DNA of 64,000 bases from Folioceros fuciformis (lineage: Eukaryota), in NCBI GenBank assembly GCA_049999805.1, contig JBNGIO010006279.1, positions 92,533 to 156,532 of the forward strand, given 5' to 3'. Both the position numbers and the translations under genes were made by a program. How positions within the stretch are numbered: the first letter of the stretch is position 1; each line of letters starts with the position of its first letter. This document shows, piece by piece, positions 27,981 to 42,270 of the stretch. The notes under the pieces are model-generated. The model ran no database searches. It was not told the origin of the DNA and saw only the letters and a list, made by a program, of their open reading frames with translations.

Positions 27981-30061
27981 ATATTGAATGTTTTTTTGTC
28001 TCCCTAAGATTTTCAAAAGTCATGGAGGAACATATAAGAAGTGAAGTTCCAAGTATCCATGGACTGATACTCAAAATGATGGAAGACACAAGTTAGTTAG
28101 AGTGTTGCCAGACTACTATTCTTCTTCTTCTTACTTCATTTATTGTTTCTATTGTATCTATATTGAAGGAAAATAATTATTACTATACTGTTGGATAGAC
28201 ATAATATAAAAACTATTGTTATGCATTTTTCACAGCCAACGGAAAAATAATCAAGTTTATAAACTAGTGTGAAGTACAATGGTGGCCAGGTACAGCAGCA
28301 GAAAGCTGAAGCCTCGGAAGGGGCTTTTATGGCATAGGATTGTCCCCATCGTGGGCCGGTGGTTGCATATGAGTTTTTTTTTCACATGATGGAATCGACT
28401 GGCACGATGGGTTCTTTCTTACATATAAGGAAGAAGGTGAAGGCTACCATTTTTTTACAAGGCGGATTCGGGCCGACTGACTAAGCTTGCTGCGGCTGAA
28501 CCCTATGCCAGAAAGGACACGGGAACGCAACAGACTCGGGGGCTTCCGGCCCAGCCTGAGTATCTTGGGCCGAGGGCCGCCACATGGAGCCCCCATTGTT
28601 GTGCCGGTAACTCGGGTTCCAACTGCACGAGTGAGTGATGTAACCCCGGGTGGGCAGACGCTCTGGGCTTGCCTCTCTGCCCCGGCCTCGCTCCCCCCGT
28701 TGTTCCTCCACCCTCCCCTTCTCCTCCTCCTCCTCCGTGCCGCCATTATTCCTCCGTGGGCGCCAGCATCGCACGCGATTCCGACTCCGTTAGACAGTAA
28801 TTTCTGCTGCAATTCATCGCCCCGTCCCCCCTGCTGGATCCCGTCGCCCTCCCTCCGCCTCCCCGCAGGTGAGCTTCTCTTCGTCTCCCCACCGGCTGCT
28901 GTTGCCTGCGCAGAATTGCGCGCGTTTTGATTGTGTTCGTGAGCTACCCTTGCAAGTCAAGTCCCTGTACGAGGGGCTAGTGTGGAGTGCTGTGGGGCTG
29001 GACTCTGGGGCTGTTGCTTCAGATTGTCCGCTCAGGGATGGACGGCCTGCACTGGAGGCACAGCCTCAAAATTGACGCTGTTGCGTGGAAGGAGGAGGCC
29101 TGTCCTGCAGCGCCTGCGCTGTTGCGCGTGTCTTTGTGAATTTCTGAGATCTATCGGATCTTCGGCCGGGTCTTTGCAGTGGCACCTTGTTTGCCTGATC
29201 TGTGCTTCTCTTGCTGGTGTTTGGGAGTGTCATTCTGGCGGTTGTGGGGGTGAGAGGTGAGGGAACCCCGTGCGCTGCTTAGTGCTCGCCGTGGAGCGCA
29301 TTTTGTTTGTTGCCGCTGCAGCATTGCCTGCAGGTGTTGACTAGAATGAGCTGGGTAGCCGGTCGCGTTCGCGAGCCAAGTCGACGCAGTTCTGCTTTTG
29401 GTTTTGTGCTGTGCTGTTCTATGCTGCGGGGTTTGTTCCGCTTCTCATGCTATGTGGCGCGATCCTCACAGGAACGCATACACTAGTACTGGAGTCTGCC
29501 CCGGTTTGCAGGAGAGCCAATTGTAATTGAGGTTTGAGAATTTTGGATCCGGGGACCCGCAACGATCTCCGCCTTTACTGAGCACGTGGCTGGAGCGGAA
29601 TACGAGCCTTGTGTGGACCAGTGCCTGCTTCGCGTGCGCAGATGCTGATATCGCACAGCTCTTAGCTTGTAAATGGCCGAACGCGGTCCATTTGCTTTCC
29701 TGGCGTACACAAAGCTAAAGCCCTTCGTCCCTCGGTGCGGAGACCATCTAATTGGGAAAGAAGAGCAGCAGGTTGCTTGCTGGCACCGTACTTGAGGGTG
29801 TGTGGAACTCTCGAAGGCGCAGTTCATCGTTTGCAACATGGACTCTTCAGCGAGGGCATTTCGTTCGCCGTCGGGAAAGAATATTCAGCTCTGCTCAAGT
29901 CAAAGGTGCCAAGGCAGCATGATCGGATAGCTGGAACATTAGGCAGTGACTGCTCTGGATGACTCTACCGGAATCGCGCTCTGCCACTGCTCCTCGTTGT
30001 TCTGGATGAGGTCACTACTTCGACTCCTAGCCCGATCTCAAGGCACGACAGTCTCTCAGTC

Positions 30062-33000
30062 ATGAATGCTGCGGGTACCAAGAACAAGACCGTTCCACTG
30101 GACGGCAGGATAGGCCGAACCAATGGTCCGAGGCTCCAAAATGGAAATCAGCCAAAACGGCACAACAGATCGGCGTCGACAGACGTTACGGAGATGGTGG
30201 TGGTAGCCATCGATGCTACCAAAGAAATCACCAAGCATGCCCTGGAATGGGCCCTATCGAACGTCGTGCAGCCTGGAGACTACATCACTCTGCTTGCTGT
30301 TCTTCCAGCGACTGCTCCAGGTATGACCTCAATTTGGCTCAGCCAGCAGCATGTCCGTTTGCATGCTTCGTGGCTGTTAGCCATTAGTAGTCAGTCCTTA
30401 CGAGAAATGATGGCCCTGTTTTGGAAACGTTCGTACATCCGAGGAACGAAGAATTCTCTGATTGTTGAGTGTGGTCCTAGTGTTCCGTTCAGGTAGTCTA
30501 TCCTGAACATTGATTTTGTGTCAATGCAGGAATTGCTGCCTCGTGCAGAAGGTTGTTTGGGGCCGTGTGTGGGTTAGCTGGTAATTGCCTGGCTCACTCC
30601 CGTCAGGTTTTCAGCTTTTGCTCTGCTGTTCTTTGGGCTGTTCTCTGCCGATTGTCATACGTTTTCGTCGGAGCTCGGTTTCCCGTTACCTACGTACTTG
30701 ATTCAAGCAGACGCTTGGCTTGCAAACGCCTGGTCCAAAAATTCCGGCATGGCAGTCAATGTCTGTATGCTTGTGTGTGGATCCGTGAATTGGGCTTACT
30801 CATCCCTGGAGTTCATGTCTTCCTGCTACCCTATCCAGCTTGAGCTGAACTCCCTAGGAAATTCCAGTTCCTTATGCGTTGATGTGCGGCTTGTTTTTTG
30901 CGCTAAGCACCAACTCCTCGGTGCAGCTTCAGGCTTTTGTGCTGCTTAGCTGTACCTAGGTGTTACTATAGTTTGCAATGGTCTGCAGTCTAACGTTCTG
31001 AATGTGTGTAAACAGGGCGAAAGTTGTGGACCTTTCCGAAGCTAGGGGGGGACTGTGCAACTGGACCAAGAAGACAAGGGGCGCAACTGGAAGATGATAT
31101 CCATGACTCATGCACTTTCATGATGCAGCAGTTGCACAAGCTTTGTGACAGCAAAAAGGTGAGTCTTCTCACAAGCGCGTGCGGGTGACACCGTGGATTA
31201 TCGAGCTGCTGCCCTTGGTTCTGCTCTTACGATTTGCAAAGAGGATTAACCGCGTCTTATATTTTCTGTATGCGGTCAGGTTCACGTGAGAGTAAAAGTT
31301 TTACCAGGAGCAGCTAGGGGGGCCACTGCTGTAGAATCCAAAAAGCTGAATGCGACCTGGGTTGTTTTGGACAGGCAGGGTTTCTTTTCTGCTAACCTGA
31401 TGATATTCGAAGCTCAATGAGATCTGAACAATATTGAATCCAAAATTTTCTCTGTTTATCTCTCTTACCAAGGCGTTCGAGTAGGGCTGTTTTCACACAA
31501 CTCTGCTGTTGCAATGCAGGCATCTGAAGAAAGAGGGTAAGTCCTGTACAGACCAACTACAGTGCAACTTGGTTGTTGTGAAGCGACTGAATCCCAAAAT
31601 TCTTCGGTTGAACCTAAAGCCAACTCCACCTGTTTTTGGAGGAACACCGTTGGATGACGCATCTATAGACTCGTCCTCAGTTCTTTTGGAGGGCCTGAGC
31701 TATGTCGGCGTCCCCAAAGGATTTGAGTATCCACTTGGACGGACAGGCATGCCTTACCCACCTAGGATAGGATTTCCCGCTTCTGAGAGGGACACCCCTA
31801 TCACCAGTCCAGAGCTAGGGACACCGTTCACTGCCACAGAATTAGGAACCTCTTCAAATTCGAGCTCTGAGCCAAGTACTTCTCCTTATCCTGATCCTGC
31901 TTATGTCAATCCAGAGCGTGAAACATCAGGTGGAAGACTAGCAACCCTTCTCTCCGGGGCCACAACTCCTGACACCTCAGAGCGACCTAGAGCCTATCCT
32001 GTATCCGAGTCGGATAATGATGTCTCCTGCAGCCAAGGAACAGACAGGGAAAAACCTGGAAACTCTTTGTCGGAACCAAAAACCCATCAACCCTGGGGTG
32101 ATGGGAAGTCAAGGCCGAAAGCCATGGGCACCAGCAAAGGTGAGTTTTTGCTTTCTAGGCAATTCCTTGTGCTCAGGCAGCCCTTTTTCGTTCTGATTTG
32201 TGGCTGGGACTGATAATTTTTGTACATCCTCCAAACAGATTCCAGAGAGAGCCCTTCGCTGGACGAGAAGGTGCTAACGGATGTCGGCAGAAAGCCTTCC
32301 CCTACCGTAACTAGTAAGAGGATATCGTCAGACGGCCGGTACTCTTCTAGCTTCAGGGAGGGTGTGTCATCCCAGACATTGCGGTCCATCATGACCCCAG
32401 GAGGTGACAGTCCAAACTTCAAGAAGCCCGTGGCAAATGACAGGCAAATGCTATCTGACCTGTTCAATTCCCTGAAGGGAGCAGCAGACGAGAGGGAAAG
32501 GGCAGCAGGGCAAAATGCACACCCAACTACTAGGAAGGACAGTACAAAGCCTAGATCCCAACAACTGGCTTTGGGGGATATTGTGAAGCCGAAACAAGGA
32601 GACCTGGAGCGAACTTCAAGTGTGAGGAAAGCAATGTCACTCTCCAGACATGCGCCACCTGGACCACCACCATTGTGTTCGATTTGCCAACACAAGGCCC
32701 CTGTGTTTGGCAAGCCTCCAAAAAGATACTCATATGCAGAACTGGAGCTGGCTACAGGTGGGTTCTCTCATGCCAACTTTTTGGCCGAAGGTGGCTTCGG
32801 GTCTGTGCACAGGGGTGTTCTCCCCGATGGCCAAGCTGTTGCTGTGAAGCAGCACAAACTCGCCAGCTCTCAGGGTGACATGGAGTTTTGCTCAGAGGTA
32901 GAGGTTTTGAGCTGTGCCCAGCACCGAAATGTGGTGATGCTCATCGGGTACTGTGTGGAGGACCGGAGGAGACTTCTAGTTTATGAATTCGTTTGCAATG

Positions 33001-34382
33001 GGTCACTAGATTCGCACCTTTATGGTAAGTTATGAAATCCGAAAGTGCTGTAACCCGAGAGCATTTTGGAGAGAGGGGGCCAGGAGGTAAGGGACTTGCC
33101 TTCATTTTGCAGGGAAAAATGGAGCCACCTTGGAATGGGCATCACGGCAGAAGATAGCTGTGGGTGCTGCGAGGGGCCTAAGATATCTACATGAGGAGTG
33201 CCGTGTTGGCTGCATTGTCCATCGAGATATGAGACCTAACAATATCCTGTTGACACATGACTTCGAACCCATGGTATGGCGCCTACGTCTTCCGGTTGCT
33301 CATGTTTCTTGAAGGTGCGTAAGTGGTGTCTCACAGGCTTTCGCAACAGGTTGGAGACTTCGGCCTTGCAAGGTGGCAACCCAACGGGGATTGTGGCGTC
33401 GAGACTAGAGTTATAGGAACTTTCGGGTACGCACTTTACCTTGGGCCGGGTAGCGTGGATGATTCTCTTGTCTGGGCTTTTAGCTCCAGATAATCAATGT
33501 TCCCGAAGAAGCCTTGTGCGTGCTCAAAGAGCTGATGAGTTCGTGGGTTTTCAGATATCTAGCACCAGAGTATGCCCAGAGCGGACAGATCACAGAAAAG
33601 GCAGATGTTTACTCTTTCGGGGTTGTTCTTCTGGAGCTTGTCAGTGGTCGCAAAGCCGTTGATATCAACAGACCCAAGGGCCAACAGTGCCTTACAGAAT
33701 GGGTTAGTTCCAGCATTTGCCATTGCAGCCAGACTTGGTAACTTACTAACTGTGGCAAAGGCTGATGACTGTCAGATTGCTGTGAAATGCAGGCCCGACC
33801 CCTGCTAGAAGAGAAGGCGAGCCATGACCTTGTCGATCCTCGCTTGGAGAGCAGGTTTACCGACCACGAGGTGTACTGCATGCTGCACGCCGCGTCGTTG
33901 TGCATCCGACGAGACCCTCACACGCGTCCCCGAATGTCTCAGGTAGTCCTCAAGTCTGCCGGCGTGCTCTGTCACAAGCTCCACATGCCCTTGTATTCGT
34001 TGTCCTCACGGACTCGTTGTGTCCTACCCAGGTACTCCGCATTCTTGAAGGCGACATGATGCTAGACACGAACGGATCCCCCACGCTGGCCAGAGCCTAC
34101 GATCCCTTCGCCAGCAGCGGACGGTTCTACAACGACGCCAAGCATGCCACGGACATGTACTTGGCCTACAGCGGCAAGCTCTCCAACCACTCTAACGACT
34201 CCTCCATAAGTTTGAGTGGCCCCATGAGTCCACCCCATTCCGTGGGTTTCAGCGGCAAGCTCAACACCATGGATCCTCTCACCACCCCCAATGGGAAGCT
34301 CTCATACGAGGCTCTTAAGGCCGCTTACAGAGACAAGGGGAGCATGAGTGCCCGCTTGTCCATCGAGGCAATGCGACAATAA
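30062..34382 (+). CDS. Receptor-like cytoplasmic kinase with N-terminal USP-like (adenine nucleotide alpha hydrolase-like) domain; 10 coding exons
   Basis: Exons 30062-30320, 31016-31158, 31280-31374, 31520-32139, 32239-33024, 33113-33273, 33350-33426, 33555-33702, 33793-33942, 34032-34382. Motifs VVVAIDA...[59 protein letters not shown]. Confidence 0.93.
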
Positions 34383-35187
34383 CAACCTCGCCATCGCGAA
34401 CACTTCTCCCCGCCATCCCCCCGTGTTGTATCATGATTGCCTGCTTTCTTTCGTACTTTACACATCGTGCCGATGAGTTTTGGGTTAACCGTAGTTAGCC
34501 GCTGGGTTAGATACTCTCAAGAACGAAAGGCTTTATCGATCCAGTCTGTTGCAAGCAAGCAAAAGCATTTTGCTCTCCTTCCGTGAGCAAGCATCGGCAT
34601 GCCGGGCAGTTGGTGGAGCTTGTTATTAGCTCGCCTGATCCTCCCGCCGTGTTCCTTGCAGTTCTCCTTGTTGTCAGCGGAACGGGAATTCGTGCTTCCT
34701 GGCCTGCAGCATCCGGACCCAGCGCCGAGGGCTGCCGCACTTACTTGATATCCAATTTCCTCGAAAGTGCCTAATGCTTTGAGTTCCAGGCACAGCGTGG
34801 ATGGAGTGACTGACGCCGTGGAGTGGCATCTCATAGGATTGCTGTCAACCAGTTGGCGTTCGGGACGGACGGGTGGAAGAAGAATGTGGGCATATGCTCG
34901 GCAAAGCGCAATCTCGTCTCGTCGCTCGCTGCTGAGAGACTGTTGATGTCTTCAATGCGGTGCTGCAGTTGTGCGTGCTGTGTGTGAATTGGTGGCCTGC
35001 AAAATACAAATCTGTGCAAAATTCATGTGCTTTCCCATCGCCATCGTCATAGGCAGCCACAGCGGAATCTCCTTCGAGCTCGGGAGCGTACGGATCGTTT
35101 GTGCAGGAGTGGCATCATGGTAGAGCTCAGGATCCAAGGCCTTGGCATGGCAAGAAGGGGAAACAGCCAGCAGTCTCAGGCCCCGGC

Positions 35188-38100
35188 ATGGCACCGGGGC
35201 ATCCGGATGGGGATGGGGATGAGGCTGGGTTTGGGTTGCGCACTCCATGGAGTGCTGCTTCCAGCCATTTCCTGAGCTGCTTCGCGGAAGGCGGTGACAA
35301 GGGGACCAATCGGGAACATGACGATGGGAAGTTTGCGCCAGATGCTGAGATTTGTCTCCCCGGAGGAGTGTCAGTGTAGGTTTTCACTTCCGTCTGGCCT
35401 GACTGGTCAGAAAACAAGAATCACGATGGCCGCCAGTGCAGCTGGTAAAGATGCTTTTTGTCGCTTGTGCAGCATTGCAGGACATCTGTGAATACAACGA
35501 CATCTCCGAGGAGCAACTGGTGTCCGCTCCAGAGAAGATCTACTCCATAGAAATGTTCATGCACAATCTCCCGCGCATCTGCTGCATGTCCTTCTTCCCC
35601 AACCTTGTGTCGCTGTCCTTGATCCAGCAGGGCATTGTCTGCATAGAGGGTCTGTACTGCTGCCAATCCTTGGAGATTCTCCGTCTCAGTGAGAACAAGA
35701 TTCAACGGTACCACACCTCAAGCCCTGCATGCGTGTTGCAGCCAGCCGGCACTTGAGGACTGGACCAGCCTGGAGGGTTCGGGAGAGGCCAACCTAATTA
35801 TCTCATACATGATGCTTTGCATTGCAGAATCGAAGGTCTCCAAAACTGTCTTAAGCTCAAGGAGTTGTACTTGCACGGCAACCGGATCACTCATATCAAG
35901 AACTTGAGCCAGCTTATTGAGCTCCAAGTTCTTTGGCTGGCCAACAATGAGATCAGCTGGGTGGAAGGAATGGAGTCCCTCGTCAACCTGAAGGAGCTCA
36001 GTCTGGCCCGCAACCCTATTGGCCAGCTTGGTGAAATCCTTGAGATGAAGTCGCTGGAGTGCTTGAATGTAGCCGCTACCAACATGGGGTCCTTCAAGGT
36101 TTGACGCTGGAACGGCCATGTCGTGCATTTGTTGGGCTTGAAACGTGGCCTGGGCTGCTCTGTAATTACACCGTCTGCATTACAGGAAATTGGACACTTG
36201 ACGAGGCTGAAAAACTTGAAAGAACTTCGCTTTTCTGATCCCCACTGGGGTGATAGCCCGCTCTCTCTTCTTCACAACTACCAGGTATCCTCGCGAAGCC
36301 TCTATTGCACAGTTCTGTCTTTTCGCAACCGAACCAACCCACTGAATTAATGTATGTGAAGAGCACAATCCGTAAAACCGAACCTGACATGCATCCCCGC
36401 AGATCTACGTATTGTTCCGGCTCAGGCACCTGCAGAAGCTTGACACTTTAGGTCTGACTGAAGAGGCCAAGCAGGCAGCCAAGGCCATCTACACGCGAAA
36501 GCGCGTTTACTATAATATGTGCATCAAATCACTTCAGCATAGCAGAAACAATACTGTGGCAAACCTTGTGAAAGCAGAATCGAAGAGAATTAGGAGCATC
36601 CAGAAGTAAGTTAACCAACCGCTCCTGTACCTGCTTCAGTGCCGCTCGCTCAACTAAGGGAGCAACGTGGCCTGGCCTGGCTGCAAACAGAACTCTTGCC
36701 AAGCTCACAAAGACCTTGAGGGATTTGGAAAAGGAAATGTACGAAGCAATAAAGGCTGAAATTACCCCAAAGGTGACCAAGAAACTAGAGGCGGCGCCAA
36801 AGGCGGAATGGTGGGAGCAAGCGTTTGCAAAAGCCAACACTCTCGACAAACAGATCCAGCATCTCATGGGGAGGCTGGACTACTTGGTTGAGGATATGCA
36901 GATGACCAAAGCGAAAGAACAGGCTGCGGTCGACCTGAATATTCATTGGCTCATGATGGAGCTTGACACTGGTTTGGTCTGATCTCCCACACCTGCAATG
37001 CATGGTCGAACAAGTCATGTCGCAGCGCATGAAGAGCTCATATTTTTCAATGTGATATCACCTTTCAGGTGGTAACATTCGGATGGAAGTTGGGAAGCCA
37101 AAGGATCCCTGGTTTAAGAATTGTGAAGAACTTGTAGTTTCTCGTTTCCTGCCATCAGATTTCGCACCTTATGGAATAATGGGCGTCAGTGTAGTGAAGG
37201 TCACGCGGATACACAACCGTTTCCTCCAAGATCGACTGACCCGAACGCTTGAAAATGTGAGTCGCTTGGCCCTTTTTTTTGTTTTTTGTATACACGGCAA
37301 TTGGTATCTGTCTAGCTGCACATGAGAATTTCAATGCCAGTACTTGCTCAGATGGCTGATTGGGACTCGTTTTCCTCGATCAGATGCGGCCTAGCAAAAG
37401 AGTCACAGAGCATCTGTTGTACGGGGAGAGCCTACAGGCCCCTGATGAAATTCAGTGGATTATTGAAGAAGGCTTTCCGTTTCAACCAGATAACCTTTGT
37501 CCCAGAGCTTCAGAGACTGCTGTGTCGTTGTCCAACTCAATTGGTCTTGCAGACCTTCACCGTTTGAAGGTATTCCAACGTTGATCGTACTCATGAACGT
37601 GTCAGGCCTCTGTATCATGGTAACAGACTTTGGGCAGCGGTGTGTGCTTGTTATTTGCCTTTCCTTGTTTCGTCATGACTATCTTCTTGTTCAGCGCTCT
37701 GGTGCCCTCCTCGTTTGCAGGCACTTCCAAAGCAGTTTCAGCAAACAGCATTCTGGAAATCAAGAGCTACAGGCTGGCTGTTGGTTGTCAAGGCTTGTCT
37801 GGGCACATCCACGCAGGATTTAAGCGGTCAGTATCCATGCTCTAAAAATCTAACAGTTGCCCGCTGCTTTCCAGGAATAATGGGGGACCACTCTAATGCT
37901 GCTATCAGCTTTGATGACTGGCCTGTGTTTTATGTGCTGTAGATTCCGCCACAGTTAAGAAGGCAGCATTTCCAAGTGCAGATTCTGTATACAGGCTCCA
38001 TCCCAGGGATTCCAAGCAGAAGTCTTGGTTCGTATTTGACCCAACAGTCCTAGTCCCGGAGTACCTGGTTGAGTTCATGTATAAATTCGCGACCGATGCC

Positions 38101-41100
38101 CGAGAGCCTCAGAAGTCAGGCCGACCATCAGAGACAGAAATAGATCCTTTCATCTCAGATCGCAGCAGGGGGCCTGAAGAGGACTCTCAGAGTCTGTCTG
38201 AGCAACCGCCGTTCGAAAGTCTTCTTACCATTCCTCAAGCTAATCCTTCACACTATCGGTCATGGGTTGTTGAAACATGCACATCGCAAGGCCGAGATGA
38301 GAAGGGAGTACTACTCAAGGATGAGTACATCATGCGGAGAAACTTGGTGAAGGATATCTCCAAAATAACTCATCTCAACTTGCACGGCGGCAGTATCATG
38401 GGTATCGAGTCTCTGCGGACCCTGACAAGCTTAAGAGTGCTAGTTTTGTCATTCAACAAGATAACCAAGATTCATGGGCTAGAACAGCTACAATGCCTTC
38501 AAAGGTTAGACGTCAGTTTTAACCTCTTGAAGCGCATCGATGGTTTGAGTGGGCAAAGCAACCTGGAAGTGCTCGACCTCACAGGAAACGAAATTTGGAA
38601 TCCGGATGACCTTGCAGTTCTGCAAAGCCAGGTAGCGGTTCTTTCTACAGGTTCCTTCCACACCATGTGTTTTGTGAAACGCCACGTCTCATCGTATAAC
38701 CCGTGCGCCTCGGTGTCCATCATCCAGTCCCTGTTAGAGAACAGCAAAAGCCTATCTGACCCCGATGTGGCTCCAGGTGCCCCGACTCGTGAACCTCAAC
38801 TTGAGGTGCAATCCTTTGGTCGAGGAGTTTGGATATCGCACAATGGTATCGAGAGCTGTACCCTCGCTCAAGACATTGGACTGCATCCCTGTCACACCTG
38901 GTAATACTGATGTTCCATGATGTTCTGTTTCTGTGGCATGATATAGTGAAGTGCTAGGCATGCATGCCCGCTGTCTTAACGGCAAAAGCAAGTCATCCAA
39001 TAGTACTTTGATCTCAGAGACACAGGCTCTCAGCCAAAGCCCTTGAAGTTGTAAGTATAAGAGCTGAGGCAGCAACCTTCCATTGGATTGAGTAGTCTTT
39101 CAGCTGCCAGTCTTCAATGCACCAGTGCTAGCTGTGGTCATATCATCGAGATGTGTGATAGCTTGATGAGCAGGTGAGCGAGGTCACCAGCATGCTTCTT
39201 CTTTTTTTTGTGTAGAAGATCGTGATGAGGGCCTCTCCAAGAGCAACTCAACTCTTGAGGATGTTATGTCAAGCTCCACTTCGCAATGGAGTGCTATGTC
39301 ACCATCGCCTCCCTCCTCCCATTTTGTTGGCGACAATGGCTCGAAGAGTGATGACTTTAAAGGAATCATGGGTGTCAAGTGCACCGCAGAGAATGCTTGC
39401 AGACGTCAATCTCATGTCAGACTCAACCCTTATACTAAACTTCTGAGATTGGACATTCTGAACCCCTTTACAAAACTCTTCAAGGGATTGCAAAATCAAG
39501 CTACAGCCTTGAAGGAAGACTGCATATTTTACGAGGGTGTTGAAGAAGTTCATCTTGAACACCGAAGACTCAGAACCATGCATTGCTTTGACAGGCTGCC
39601 AAACCTGAGGCGCCTATTTCTTTCTGGCAATGAGATATCGGTGATTCTGGGGTTGGAAAATTGTACAATGCTAGAGGAGCTCATCCTTGACGATAATCGC
39701 ATCAAGCAGGTGTTAATAACTTCCTTGTAATTCAACCAGATGAATCACATTCTCGGAATGTAACTGCCGCTCCCCATATTGCTGCAATACCACGTTCCCG
39801 GTGGTCTTACTACGTCGAATGCCATGATCAGCTTCCTTCAACCTAGTGACCCTTGTCTCACTCTGACATACGTTGTTGAGTCAGCCTGAATCTGATCTCC
39901 AGTGAACTCGTACAGGTGAAGGGACTGTCTCAGCTGCAATGCCTATGGAGGCTAGATCTTGGCCGAAATCAGCTGACATCTTGCATTCCTATAAGTAGTT
40001 GTGCATCCCTTACACAGCTGTCGGTAGAAGACAACAATATTACCTCCCTTGAGGTAAAATTTCAGCTTGCAATGATGCTGAAGTGTTGACTACAATTCTA
40101 AGCTTAATATTCTCCGGTCGATTTCAGGGGTTGGCAAGTTTATCCTGTCTGATGGAGCTTTATGCAGCTCATAATCAACTGTCCGATATACGGGAAATTT
40201 TTCACATTCGTGACTTGCCTAAGCTCATGGTTATGGATTTGAGCGGGAACACGCTATGCGGAGCTAATGACTACAGGACTTACACCATTTTCTCTCTGAG
40301 GAAGCTCAAGGTTGGTTACTACATTTTTGTCCTGTAATTGTTGCCCCACTACGAGAAGAGTCACGTTATGGTTGTTTCCCTTGCACGTCTATACAGCACC
40401 GTGCTGCTTGTAGGTCCTTGATGGAAAGAACGTGGACAACAGCGAGTTGGCAGAAGCCCGAAATAAATATCTTGGGCGGTTAACTCGTGATGTTTTGGAG
40501 GAATGCCTTGGCCACAGCCAATTCTCTCACATGAAAGTGTGCAACGTTGAAGTTGTGAACAAATATTCTAACATCAGTGGGAGGTGTTATGCAGGTCACT
40601 GATTCCACTTCACGTTTCTGTGTTGCAGAGAATGGACCTCTCTGGCCAAAGTTTAAGGCACTGTGGCGATGTTTTCAGGATGAAGGAGTTGCAGGGTCTC
40701 ATGGAGCTTAATCTGAACAACAATTTGTTCACGTCTCTGCAAGGTGTAAGGTACGGGTGAATGCTTAGCTAACAACTAATCTTGATAGGAAAGTTGATAC
40801 TTAATTCACTTAATTTTTGCGAGAGTATCGTTGCCTGTAATTTTGATATCATGTAGGTACTTGAGGAAGCTTGCTATTCTGCGACTTGATAATAACAAAT
40901 TTGAAAATGGGCCTATTGTTGAGGAATCCCCTCCAAGTCTTGCTAGTGACGGGAGAAACTCCGTCATGGAGTGTTCTGAACCACTAAGCATGGAGGTCGA
41001 AGTCCTCGAACTTGCTGGAAATAACATAAGCAGCATTACTTCCTTATGCTTGGGTCCGACTTTTCCCAAGTTGAAGCTGCTCTCTCTCCAGTATAATCGG

Positions 41101-42270
41101 ATTGCAAAGGTGAGCGCGTCTGATGGCTCCTGATGAAGTGTCCTCAGTTAGATTAAAACGTAGAAACAAAGCACCAAATGGGGTTCTATGGTGCGGTGTC
41201 AAGTACTTGTCCTTCACTTACGGGGGTAACCTTGTGGTTTTGTTCGTGAAGGTGGATGGCCTAGAAGGAATGGGGAAGCTGGAAAAGCTGCTGATCGGCC
41301 ACAACAACATAAAAGAGCTCGATCCCTCCTCCTTTATTGGACTTGCCAGCCTTAAAAATCTGCACATGGGGGACAATACGCTGCGAACGTTGGCTCATAT
41401 TGGAAACTTGCCGTCCCTGCAAACACTGGACGTGTCGTCCAATTTTCTGACATCCAACCGTTTTGGTTGTCTGTCGAGCATTGATAATCTGGCGTTTCTG
41501 CCAGGGCTAGTTGAACTCACGTTAACTAATAATCCGGTAAGATCTGTCTACCTCTCATCAGCTATTCACCTGCGGTAAATATGGTAGATCTTCTCAACCC
41601 ATCCTCTGCTGTATCTGATGGACATGAGTGCAATCAGATGACTCGTCAACATCTATATCGCACGGCAGTGATCAGCAAACTGACACAACTGAAAGTATTG
41701 GATGCTAAGGAGATTACCCAGGTTGCACCTGAACCCGTGTTCTAATCCTTTTCTTGTGACCCCACGTGATTCCAACTTTTCAGCTTTGACGTTACTCAGG
41801 AAGAGAGGATGGACGCCGAACAGTTCTTGGCAGGGAAGGAGGGACCTGCAAGCACATCCGACATGAGCAGCATGCTGGATCACCAGTCAAGCAACGGCCA
41901 CGTGGGAATCCACAATGGTCAAACAAAAGTGCCGCTCAAAGTAACGTCACTGGATTTCGAGGCCATGTGCACTCAAATTCTGCCACCCTCTCCACAAAAT
42001 CTAGGCTATATCAGTGGAGCAAAGGGACTTCATGTTGGCACCACCGTGACTCAAAATGGTCAGATTGGGCCCCCAAAGCCGTGGGAGCCGGGAGATGTGA
42101 AGCAGACAAGCAGTCATCTGATACAATCTTATTTTAGGAGCAGATTACGGGGGGAGCAAAAGGTTATTGTTCTTCCTCTCGATGTGTTGATGATAAGAAA
42201 TAGCAATGCCAAGGACCGGACCATTTCGATGTATGAGACCTGTGCTAAACAACAACCTCAGCAACAATGA
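35188..42270 (+). CDS. LRRC9: Leucine-rich repeat-containing protein 9 (cilia-associated) with an internal PARP-like domain; about 20 exons; start codon uncertain (first secure exon begins at 35481)
   Basis: SDS22-like LRR blocks, LRR-cap motifs (NYQIYVLFRLRHLQKLDT, DYRTYTIFSLRKLKVLDG), ELDTGGNIRMEVGKPKDPWFKNCEELVVSRF and WFVFDPTVLVPEYLVEF match LRRC9. GT-AG exons join in frame to the TGA at 42268-42270. Confidence 0.87.

Noticed and set aside
36285-36402. Possible second U12 intron in LRRC9 (donor GTATCCTC)
   Set aside because: The donor deviates from GTATCCTT and there is no convincing CCTTAAC branch site; probably U2-type.
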